Source of the DNA: Lingula anatina
Taxonomy: Eukaryota > Animalia > Brachiopoda
Length of the DNA: 64,000 bases
Assembly: GCA_051362555.1 (NCBI GenBank)
Contig: CM120640.1
Coordinates: forward strand, 27,738,503-27,802,502
Direction: 5' to 3'
The notes under the pieces are model-generated. The model did not search any database, was not told the origin of the DNA, and was given only the letters and a program-made list of their open reading frames with translations. This document shows, piece by piece, positions 37,803-49,800 of the stretch (position 1 is its first letter; each line of letters opens with the position of its first letter). The translations under genes were made by a program, and so were the position numbers.

Positions 37803-37973
37803 CCGGTGTGACAGGAATGGTAGTCCACTAGGAACTGTAGACCGTTCCCCCTTACTTTATACAGGTGACGTTCTTTCCAAATACTAACCCCAATACTCCC
37901 ACTAACCCTAACCTGAAGTTCTCATGTGAGACCCGGACTTCCATTCTCAGGACTACCATTCCTGTCACACCGG
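37803..37973. mobile_element. 171-bp MITE with perfect 24-bp TIRs and CCGG termini
   Basis: CCGGTGTGACAGGAATGGTAGTCC (37803-37826) is the exact reverse complement of 37950-37973; internal TAACCC-like units at about 37884-37914; no clear TSD. Confidence 0.85.
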
Positions 37974-38940
37974 CATTGCATATTTGGACTAAAATTGTGT
38001 CTTGAATGCTACACGACTTCTATTTAATCACAACTTTTACGTCCCAGAATCAATATCGTGAAATAATATAACGTGAAATTCTGTCGATGTAAATTGGACA
38101 AATCTTGAGAATATAAAGAACATGGCGTGTTTTCCATCTGCACTAAAAGAAAATAGGGTGTTAAGATTATTTGAAAATGTACCCACCCTTCTAAAATGTG
38201 TATTCTTAGGCAAATCTCTCTCTCTTGCTTTCTGGCTGTGTGTGTTTTGTGTGTTTATAAATTGGTTCAAGAGCTCAAGAAATAGGTTCCTACTTTTTTG
38301 TCCTCTAATAACATAATGATGTAACAGGAAGATAGTGTGATAGAATTGAAATTTGAAAAGATTTATATCCAAAAAGGTAACCTATTTGAAAGAACTTCCA
38401 TATTAAAAAGTAAGTAGAGAATTAAAGGGGATATGTCGGAATATACAATACAACCAATCAAAGTACATACTCCTTTGTCACAGATAACACGTACACTACA
38501 TTCCACATTGATTAGGATTTACATGAATATTGGTTATATTTTTAAAAATAATGGCATGGTCTTGTATGAGGAATATTGAAGAAATGCTCGTAGGTTAATG
38601 GCTTGAACAAAAGGACTCAGGTCAGCTTTCTTGAAATGCGAAATATATGCAGTAACATGTATTTCTCTGTCAAAGTTACACGTGCAAATAAGCAGACGCT
38701 TTGTAATTGTAGTTTACAAAAAACAGCGCCAGGCTATTCATGAAAATAGGATATCATGAAAACCGGTTAGGTAAAGATTTGAATTTCATTTTTGATAGGA
38801 ATGAATGTTTCAAGCCAAAACGGTAAGTTGAAAATGAGATAGTTCACCTCTATTTGCGCTTGATCTAATTTTTCTGTGATAATTTCGATGCAAATATGCC
38901 AGTGGTGTTTAAAGCCTAAAATAGACTGAAAGCTACCTGC

Positions 38941-39243
38941 AGAGCTACTACAAGATATACTCATTACCTTCGGACGGATACGAGAAACCCTAAGGAAAAA
39001 TAATGAAAAAGCAGACGAAAATTATTGAGTAATCAGGTATCATTGCATCACTTTCATGATTAAAATATGAGACAGATCAGTTGAGAGCTACTACAAAATA
39101 TACTAATTACTCTCGGAAGGATACGAGAAACCATACACTGTGAATGTATTGGATAGAACCCTGAGTTAGGAAACATAATGACATTGCAGACAAAAATGGT
39201 TGAGTAATCAGGCATCATTGCATCATTTTCTTGATTAAAACAT
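38941..39243. repeat. Two-copy diverged tandem duplication (about 130-160 bp units)
   Basis: agagctactacaa.atatact.attac...cgga.ggatacgagaaacc ... ttgagtaatcagg.atcattgcatca.tttc.tgattaaaa at 38941-39066 and 39084-39240; the second copy has an extra internal segment. Confidence 0.85.
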
Positions 39244-40089
39244 TTCATGTTCACAATTTTTGTGACATAAGAATGAAAATACAGGGACTATTTATAACAT
39301 AAAGACAAATCGTTCAACAATTTTGTGGGAGTTGAAGGTTATTCGACAGACAGTTGGTAACAGTTCATAACATAATCACTTTATTCACATAATATTGTTG
39401 AATACCTGGGGAAAGCCGAAACATGGCGGATTTTGTTGCTAAAATTATTCTGGTGCTTGCAAAGCATCAACTTATTCACAGGTACCTATAGCTGTTGCGC
39501 CCAATGGACCATAACACAACTAATTTACTCCCATGCAGTTAATGAATAAATTCATTTGTTTTTTATTTTAGGTATTTAGACGCTTCAGCTGACTGCCAAC
39601 CTATCAGTTTTCGAACTGAAAAAAAAAAGGGAAAGCGTTTTTTAGACGAAGTTAGCTGCTACAAACATATCTTGTACATGTCTAATAACAATTTGTCTTT
39701 ATGTTACTCTTTAAAAAAAAGGAATATTCAGGATAACAAAAAACGAACTTTGCAAACACAGCATTAATATAAAATTCAATTCGACCAAGTATTATTTCTG
39801 AGACAATCATTGGAAAGACATTTTTAAAAAAGCACAATTTTTTATTTATAAGGTATTTTTTTTTATTTGCAATCAAATATTCTCTTTATAAAAAAATCAT
39901 ATGGATAAACGTTTCAGCTGTTCATCTTATTGTAACAAAGGATTCCACACCTGAAGAATTGTCATAATGGCATGACCAAGTGTCAATTCAAAATTGAAAA
40001 TTACTTTTATCAACCTAGAGGGCAATTTCCCCGGAAATGAACATTTAGACTTAAAAACAATATTGCCTGTTTTGAATATGAAGCTGTCA

Positions 40090-41850
40090 GCAGCATCTGT
40101 CGTCGCCGTCGTCAGTTTGATAGGACCATTTTTACTAAAGTTATGCTGTTTTTTTTCAACATATTTTATCCATTGTTATACAGATTAAATGAAAACGGTG
40201 TCATATTTTGCTTTAAAACTTACAGGACTGACTCATAGGACTAATATACAGATCAAGTTTGAAATTATAAGCTAGTTTGGTTCAGTTTTGATGAAGTTAT
40301 GCCTTTTTTGTATATTAGTGGTTTTACCTCAGATTCAATTTTTAGGCAAGTGAACAGTCTCATTACTGAACTAATTTGATACTTAGAAGTATTCTTTTGA
40401 CATTTTCTGCATCTTTACGATATTGTTAGTTGAAGTTAGAAAAATGATGGTAAACCTATTATTTTGTATTGTGTAATAAAGTGTCAAAAATGGAAATAAA
40501 CTCATGTCATTGCAGTTTGTCAGATTCAATCCTTTACTTTGTTCAGAATATCAGAATGGGGGGCATTGGACATTTGAAATTGATATGTCCCCCATCTCAA
40601 AAACTTTCTTAGTTTATAATGTACAAATGGCAATAAATTGGTTATTTTGTTTAATGTTCAAAAGTGTTGAAAAGGAAAATAGACTCATTTCAGTACAATT
40701 ATCTCATTTACATTTGGGCATTTTCAAGGTGTAACTTTAAAGTTCCACGGGCCTGAAGACCTTGCCAGTCAATTTCTAAATATTCATGTTACTTGCAGAG
40801 CATAATTAAAGATTGATGAAGATTATGCTGTTAAGAATTATGTAATAAGGCATCAAAATTGAAAACGCTATTTTGGGCACTGTTGCCATAGTGACCATTT
40901 AAGGAAAACCACGTCACCTACTCTTCGCAAACTTATATTTGAAAAAAACATTCTGATTGGTTATTATTATTATTACATTTCTTTTGGGGGGGGGGGGGGA
41001 GTTATACATTTTTTATGAAATTTTTATTTTTTACATATTGGCATTTTCTAAGGTGTGACTTTGAACCTCCAGGTGCTTGAAGACCTTTGCTGGTCACATT
41101 TTCTGAATATCCATGGTACTTATATTTTACTATTCTAAATCGATGGTCATTATGATGTTCAGTTTTATGTAATATTGTATCAGAATTGAAGAAAATCCTA
41201 TTTTGGACACTGCCGCCGTTGCTTTTAATTCTCAAACTGACAAAAGAGTAACTTAGGACTAAAATGCAGCCCGAGTTGGAAAGGTAATATAATTGGCTTC
41301 TTTTTCTGAAAGTTATTCATTTTTTTTGAAATTTTCATTTTTCACATTTTGGCATTTTCAATGCGGGACGTAGAACTCCCATAGGCATCAAGCTGAATAG
41401 TAATAAATGTTCTAAATGTCTATGCTATTTATAGTAGATAATTTAAACTTGGTGGTAATTATACCATTAATCATTATCATTAAATATTGCACCAAAATTG
41501 ATAACTCCAACCACAAATGTTATGAAAAGAAAACTTGTGTTACTCATTTTTTTAACTTACAAGAATGATTCTTAGGATTGACATACAGCTCAAATCGGAA
41601 TTTTGTGAAATTTTCATTTTTCTCATTCTGGCATTTTTTAAGTGTGAACTTGAACTCTCATGGGCCTGAAGCCTTGGATTGTTACACATTTTACTTACAT
41701 TGGTATTACCTGTTAAGTAATTTAAATTTGATGTTGACTTTGCATTTTGTATTATTGCTTCAGAATAGATAGTAGCCTGTTTGGTGCACTATTTTTTTTC
41801 TTTTTGTCTGTACATTTGGTTTTGCTGCCTTGTTATCGTAGAGATTTCTA
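40090..41850 (+). repeat. Composite repeat with four diverged tandem units of about 280-320 bp (Helitron/Helentron-associated satellite-like)
   Basis: Recurrent core cat(t)t(t)ggcatttt..aag(g)tgtga(a)ctt(t)gaact..cat(g)ggcctgaag starting near 40711, 41034, 41343, 41624; GTC-microsatellite-like run at 40098-40113; homology to the repeat at 4570-4661 and 6347-7080. Confidence 0.7.
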
Positions 41851-41952
41851 GGGTCCTTGGTTTAATGGATAGTTTTTGAAAGATCAAAATGTCCAGATTT
41901 GGGCTTCTTATATCCATTTGATATTACACAAAACACTTTCATTTATAGAAAA

Positions 41953-41958
41953 TTTATT
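41953..41958 (-). terminator. Candidate CRTC polyadenylation signal (implies a 3' UTR of about 2.1 kb)
   Basis: AATAAA on the - strand near the end of unique sequence downstream of the stop, just before repeat DNA; other AATAAA/ATTAAA hexamers also occur in this UTR. Confidence 0.4.
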
Positions 41959-44050
41959 ATACAACATGAAGCTGCAGGTGAGATACAGCAAGACTGTCCC
42001 ACCAGGGGGTGGTAATAGTCCTTCAGGTGTCAAGACAAGACCAGTTAGACATAAGATCATCTGCTAAACTATAATTCTCTGACTCTAAGTACCACAGCTA
42101 CCAAGAACAACAGTAATAAATATTGTGTGAAAGTGAGATTCTATCTTTGCCGTCAAGTTCCACAGAATAATTTCATTTACGTTACAAAAAGGAGAAAACC
42201 TGTTTTTCTTTAACCTGGCATTTAACCTGGCATTGCCAAATCTGAAGGTAGTTTACATCAAGGGCACAGCCCCTTTCACTACAAATACGTATAAATGCAG
42301 GCATCTAAGAGGAGTCTTAAAATCACAAGTTTAAAAGCTTGTATTAAAAATATAATAAAATGTGCGCTGGATTTGCTAGAGCTTTACAAAATACAATACC
42401 ATAACACATAAGATTCTATTCATGAATCCAACACAACACTAAGTCTCAAGTTTCCCATTTTACTTATGGGACAGGTAAGTAACAAAATATCCATATTTGG
42501 CTAATAAAATGCAATTGAAGTGCTACAATGTAACATTCTACACTTTTCTAGAAAGAAAAAAAACTCAATCCTACATTACAGCACCACATAATGGACCAGT
42601 TTTGAATTTTAACTTAAAGTGTTAATTCATCTGGCTACCATGTGAAATTACCTATAAATTAGGGACTGAGGTCCTCTTGATTTCAGCATGTAATTTATTG
42701 GAAATAGATTTCCTCCATCTTAGAATTCACCACACTATTGCACATAGAGTTGCTTCAACATGTTAAGAACTTGCTAGTCTATTGGCATAATAAACTACTT
42801 TAATAATCAAACTATGTTATTTCAAATCAAAATATGGCATTAACTTTAAAACCTTTTTTCTTCAAAACTGACATTTAAAATTTATCACAATTACTGCTGA
42901 AGTCAAAGTCAGCACTGGGCCTTTTATTAGCATTTCATGGACCACTCATTTTAACACTTAAGCTGCACTATTAATTACATTTACCAGTAGAAAATGCGAG
43001 TCATCCATAGCTTAGGTCACTGAGTAACAAACATCAGACATTTATCATACAAACACTAAGCTACTCACTGCACAGGACCAATGCAGTTGGACACTTACAC
43101 TTTTACTCACCATCGTACATACACAGACAAGTATACATTATATAAAAAATTTAAACAATATAGGATTTTGAAATTGAAACACTGCACAGTCCGCTGTGTT
43201 AAACCATGCTTGGTAGAATATCTTACATTCACAAGAATATGTACACCAGTGTATCACCGAGCTAGGAGCCCACGACTATGAACTAGCATAGGTAGGAAGG
43301 ACACACACTTGGAGGGCAAGTCACCATTCCTGAAACAGAATACATGTCCCCATCATCCCCCATTATACTAATTTCTACTACTTATGTGAACACTGTCCTA
43401 TACTTTGAGATGACAGTTATTTCTTGGTAATTTTTCTTGCCTATGGTGAGATTTTTATAAATAGTAGGAAATGAAATGCAATGATGTTATGATGAAATAT
43501 ATAATATATATGTTTATGTACACTGTACAAACAGACAGAATACTGTAGCAAATGTTCAGACTGCTGTTGTTACTGAGTTGATGCCTATTTGTTTTCTTGG
43601 CCTCTAGCTATCATTAACCCCCCCTCTACAAGTAGTATACTATAAATGCAAGACAAAGTCCTACCATTAACAATTATTTGATTAGAAAAAAAAGTTCATT
43701 GAACAAGTGATGTCAAAAACACATCACATTTCATCATTCTGGAATTCTGGAAATTTGATTCATGTCCTGAAGATTGGAATATCATTCTAAGAATCCATTC
43801 ATCTCGTCTGCCTCCTGTGTCCTTGTCTTTAGGGCCCAGAGATTCTGATCTGCAGACCACTCTGCTGCATGTTTATTTTCCATATTTAGTCAGGGGTCCT
43901 GGCATATTCTAGGCAGGTATCTTTAATGCCCCAGGCTGTGACCTTGACCTTTGATCGTGCCTCTGACCTTGAATGATCTGTCTAGATAGAGAGTCCTCAG
44001 CGATCAACCCTTTTGGTAGTATTTTTTCCCTAGAACAACTCACAGACATG

Positions 44051-46765
44051 TTATGCCCTGTTATCCAATTTGTCCAATCTAAATTGGTTTTCTGTGTCTG
44101 GGTCTGCTGCTACCATATTTGGGTCCGACAGCATTTGAAGCCCGTCAAAATCTAGTGGATCTAGCCCTACTTTAAGGGCTTCGTCAGATGGGAAAAAGTC
44201 GGAAGAGTCAAAAGTGTCTGCTGGCATGCCACCTATAGCAGTGCCTATATCCCTGGCAAAATCCTGGCGAGACAGACTTTCATCAGCACCTGAAGATTAT
44301 TTAAAGACAAGACATACTTGAAGGCATGACAGAAAATTGCAAAAGTATTACTTTTGTGAAAAGACTTAATTTCTTGTTATATCTACAGGGTGACTCCCCC
44401 CTCCCACAAAAAAAAAAAAAAAAAAAAAAAAAATCCTACAAAAGTCTACCAAATTTCACAAAATTTGTTGAACTTTTAACTGCAATATGTGCATAATCGG
44501 TTTTCTTGCATAAAAGTTATGTTCTTTTTAAAAATATAACCCAAATGGCTTCTGAAGCATTGGATGTACATATGCATACGTTGCGAAAAAAATTGTCAAT
44601 TTCTCAAACACACTCCCTTTGGGATTTCCTTGATTTTTGCTGTGATTGCTCCTCACAGTTCAACAATCATTTGGGGGTTTAATAAAATTTTTATGGATTC
44701 TTTTTTTGTGTTTCTAAATCATTCTGTGCAAAGAATGAATCAATTTATTATAAGAATTTCTACATGTTAAACTTTGTACGTCAAAACCCAACCTTTCTAA
44801 CATGCACACACAGACATGCATGTGCACATAAACCCACACATCGTGTATATAAACACTGTCTGTACCTGTGAGTATGATATCTGGAATCATGTTGTTCTGC
44901 TGCCCTGTATACTGAGACTGGACCATATTCTGCACCTCTTGGTTATGTGGATTATTGTAATACCTAAATAAATATGGGACGTTTTATTACTTCTTATGGT
45001 GATAATTTTCACAAATAAAGAACCGTTCATACAGGCCTACCATCTGATCTCTAAATAAAAGAACCTGGAAAAATAAAGTGGCTTTTATATGGTTTACCAG
45101 TAATATGCCATAAAAACTTTTTCATGGGTGTTATACTATGTTTTTGCCTGTTTTTTCTCCATGTAAAACATATCCAAAACAGTAAATTGGTTATTGTGAG
45201 CACATCTAAAATAAATTCTAATATCCTAATATGTTTACCTTTTTTCAAGAGTTGTGATGCAAAATAGTAATATTTACTTATCAACTCATGAGAAACAAGA
45301 GGCCTTTCTTGATAAAACATATTTCATCAGTGTGTGGCATATTGACAGACATGAGCCTAGGTTTAAAAAAAATTGAATAAAAAAAAATGAGTAATTCTGC
45401 TTTGCCATGGAAAAAGTTCATGTCTGTATTGATTAAATGTCTCACCACACATAAACCAACCTGTTTTGTTGAAATTCTTGGCTACCATGAAGACCATGCA
45501 TGTTTGCTTGTGAAAAATGCATGTTGTTTGACTGCTGATAGATGCCTCCATTATTCAAACTTGTGTTCATGCTGCCCACTGAAGTAGCCAGTGATGTCGG
45601 GAGATTGTCTTGAAGCTGAAAGAAACCAAATATCAAATTGACTCGGTGTAAAAAGTGAAATAACTCATTTCATAGTCTCATCAAAATAGACAATAAACTG
45701 CTCCATTTGTATGATAATTGTTTGGCTTTAAAACTATTGTATTTATAATAAAATAAGTAAATGAAAAAATATCAATAACAAAAAATGACAGACAAAAACT
45801 ACAACTTCTGTCGAACATTCCCTTGTAAGAGAAAAGGGAAACTAGCTTCAATGCTATATAGTTTTACAAGGTACAGAACTGTGTTTGTCATAGACCCTGT
45901 TCCCATAGGCACCGTCAGTCTATATACATCAACCTAAGTCTGCGGGGACACTTGCTAAGTGCAATCAGCTTAACTGAATGACACGCCTCCTCAGTCTTCG
46001 TATAATTTCCAGCTTTTCTGAATTCTACTTAAGGCAGCGTGTTGCTCCGTTTAGCCGATGGCACTCAGCAAGAATCCCTGCTAATTTGCTCCTCACAGAC
46101 CTATGTGTATATGGGAATGGGTCACAGGAACTCAAGACCAATATCCTGTCACATTTTCAACATAATTTACATTATTTATCAGTTTGTGTGCATGTAATCA
46201 CGGAACCTATCTGTTCATCACTTATATCAGTTTCTAAGGAAAAAGGGAAAATTTTCCCCTTTGTAATTTTGTACAGAACAAGCGCAAACGATATCTCTCA
46301 AACCACTGCTCCATACTACTTAATATGCACTAAAGACTGACATAGAACACAAAACAAACACCAAACATAGACATTTGATTAGTGCCCTGGTTCAACCCTA
46401 CCGAGTTTTCTTAATGCCGAATGCTTTCCCCCCCATCAAATGTCTCAAAATGTGGATTAATGTATACTATGTTAAGAGTCACAAATATTGCTTCTCTAAT
46501 ACAATCCTGAAAGTACAACATTCACCAATTAATGCCATCTAAAGAGGGTCAGAATATTCTTAGTCAACCCTACTACAGGGGAGGCTGGGTAATCATGCTG
46601 AGAAATGTCCCTGATAATCTCTTAATTTCTCTTTTATGTTTTCTCAAGAGTCATTTCATGCAAATTACTTTTTAACTTACAAAAAAAAAAAAAAAAAAAA
46701 AAAAAAAATTATATGGAGTTTCTTCTTAAATTCCTTTCAATTTCTTCACTCTTTTTTTTCTCAAA

Positions 46766-46809
<44 letters not shown>

Positions 46810-49800
46810 TGCACACAAGGAAAAATCAACAGCCATAATTTGAATGCAACTTGCACTGGTCTTCATTACAATCATACTATCCAGGTCTCTCAAAGGTTTA
46901 TTACAGCAAAGTGTGTTGGGGTTTTTTAATCGTAGGCAGGCAGGAAATTACTTATGGCATGTCCACACCAGGGCTATTTTGGAACAGTCAAGGGCTAAAT
47001 GACCCCACTTGCCCATTTCCATTTCAAGTTCTTCCTGATGTGAAAATGCCTACAGGACACCATGGGAGACTGGACAGGAATAATTTGACTTTTCAATACT
47101 AAAACCAAAATTTGTTTTCAAACCAAAGAAACACATAAGAGTTAAGTGTTGGAGAGATATGGGGGTAGACTGAAAATGAAAATAAGTAGACACCGGGGAT
47201 CCTCTTATTCCTCCACCCTGCCCTACCAGACCAAAGTACATACCAAATCAAGTCCTAGCAAGCTTTCAATTGTTGCTTCTGACTGTGATTGCTGAGGTAC
47301 AGAATGCGCTAGTTGAGACTGATTCTGTGCGTGTGATGGAGACCGCTAAACAACAAAGGAGAGAACACATACACACTATATTTCATAGTTTGAAGGCAAA
47401 ACAGTTGTCACTAACAATTTGACACTATGTATATATATTCATATACATATTAACACATGCACACAGATGCATATGTGCTCACGTGTTGGCACTATTCGAA
47501 AATTAAACAAAGAAATGGAAAATAAATATGTATTAAATATTCTTTGCACATTGCTAGAGGAACCATTTGCCTTGGAGATACAAAAACTGTACCAAAACAA
47601 TCATGCTGTGGACTTCATCAATGTATATGTATATATATATATATATATAATGGGATGAAGATGAATCATGCATCAGGTGTCAAACCAACAAACTAGGGTC
47701 AACCCTTTGATCATGCAAAACAAATAAAATTATGCTTCAAATTAAAAAATAAATAAATAAATCCAGAAACCATGAAATGAAGCATAGCCAAGGACACGAG
47801 TGTAAACAAAAGTAACAATGAAATTCCATATTAAAAGACCACTTACCATGTTAAATTGTTCAAACTGGTGCTGCAGTGCATTTGTCTGCTGTTGCTGCTG
47901 CAGGTAATATGCATCCATGGTAAATGGGGAGTTACTGTTGTTGCTGTTGGTGGTGGTTGGCACCCCGGGGGACTGCGTTGGTGATAATGACTGCTGTGAC
48001 AGAGGAGATGTCGGGGAGGACGGCTGACTGCCTCGGTAACCTAACTGGAGGACAAAAATACAGACATAGTACACACAATTTTTAATTGTGACTGAAAATG
48101 TTCATTTTAAAAAGATTTTACAGTTGATTTTACTGGATTTTAAACTTTGCCTTGTAATATGCACTTATTATCTTAATATTTAAGCTGTTAATTTATTTCA
48201 TTTCATTTATCTTATTTTGTTAATTTACCTTGTAAAGTCTACTGAACATTTTAAATGAATTCAAGTCATTTTAAGTCATTTGACTTACATAAAAATGTTA
48301 ATATTATTATTTTCACAAGTATCAAAAGTACATCAAATATGACTTCAGAGATTAATTTTAATGAAAACATAAGGGCAACAGTATGTTTTTTAAAGAAGGC
48401 CCAATGGCCAGGCTGTTCCCTCTAAATTATGATATGTGCAGGACCAGATTTTGCATAAATACAACTGAGCAAAGTTGAAAAGGAACAAGTGGTAAAAAGC
48501 TTTATTTGCCACCAACTGTGTAGGTTAAAAAGATACACCATGAGGCAGCAAGCTGTATGTGAAATAAACCAGTGTCAAGCATGACTCGATGGTCGATACC
48601 TCATACACCTTATGGCGAGTGGTATACCCGATTTATATCACTGCAGATCAAAAAATGTTCACAACATCAACCTTTGTAAAAATGAAATCAAGTATTTCAT
48701 ATCATGAAAGAAAATGGAATCATAGGACCTCATTTTTCTGCAAATTTTGGGTCAGGAGTACATGTGGCCTTTCATTTCTCCTAACCAGGGGGGGGACAAA
48801 GCATGGTGAGTGCAAACATCAATAGTACTCAACAATCACACCAGATGTCACTACCTACCTGCTGGTGGTTTACCATACGTGTTTGACTGTGATTTTGCTG
48901 ACTTGATGGAAGGTGATTCTGTTGTTGTTGCTGCTGCTGCTGTTGTTGTTGCTGAGACTGTTGTTGTTGTTGCTGCTGCTGCTGCTGTTCTTGTGACTGG
49001 TGATAAAGCTGGTATGTATGGTGTAATCGTGCATCCCATGAACCCTAAACAACAACAGGCTACAGCTCAAAACACAACACTCAAGCTACAACAAAAATGA
49101 CTCGGAGAACAGTTTTTTTTTCTTCGAAAGTTTCTTCTTCAAATGTGAAAAGAGATAAAGATGAATCATTTAAATGAAACAGATGCCTGTAGTGCAGTTT
49201 TTTCCTCTTCTAAGTTTTTATTTCCAAGAAATTGCTTTTCACTGAATTTGATAGCTATTATATTATAAATGTTGAGACTTCTCTTAATTTAAGGTTTTTT
49301 TCCCATGTAATTTACTTATTCAAATGGAATTTTCCTCAGATTAATAGGATCAGGGCACTCAAGAGTGCAATAAACATAATTTCTAGATTCAATTTCTCTT
49401 CAGTTTGAAAATTGCCCATGTACTGAATCTCAACACAATGGCAAAAGTCGCCTTGCAAAGAGAAGTGTGAAGCTTATTAACTAGAACACCTGCACAACAG
49501 AAATGCACAATTAGCATAATAAGAACAATAATCCACTCAAGACTAACAACTAGACCAAACTGAAATCTAAAAGATGGTGATAACATGCTTACATCATCCA
49601 ATCATACATGCAGCATGCAAATCTAACAGTAGGCATCCACAACATCAAGTGCTTTGGACTCGACTTGTTATATTTTCTTGAATATTCGTCACTATAGAAT
49701 TAGCATTTGTGGAAACAGGAGATGGCGAGATGGGCATTTTCTTTTCTTTTTTGGGGTGGGTGAAAGGGGACTCAGTAATTAACAGCTGGCTGATTTCCCT

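Noticed and set aside
40700-41700. Regularly spaced repeats as a CRISPR-like array
   Set aside because: Eukaryotic context; the whole 300-bp unit is homologous and diverged, with no identical short repeats, unique spacers or cas genes.
48810-49100. Poly-Ala/Val/Thr/Asn ORFs at 48810, 48851 and 48870
   Set aside because: Alternate-frame and antisense readings of the CRTC polyQ exon.
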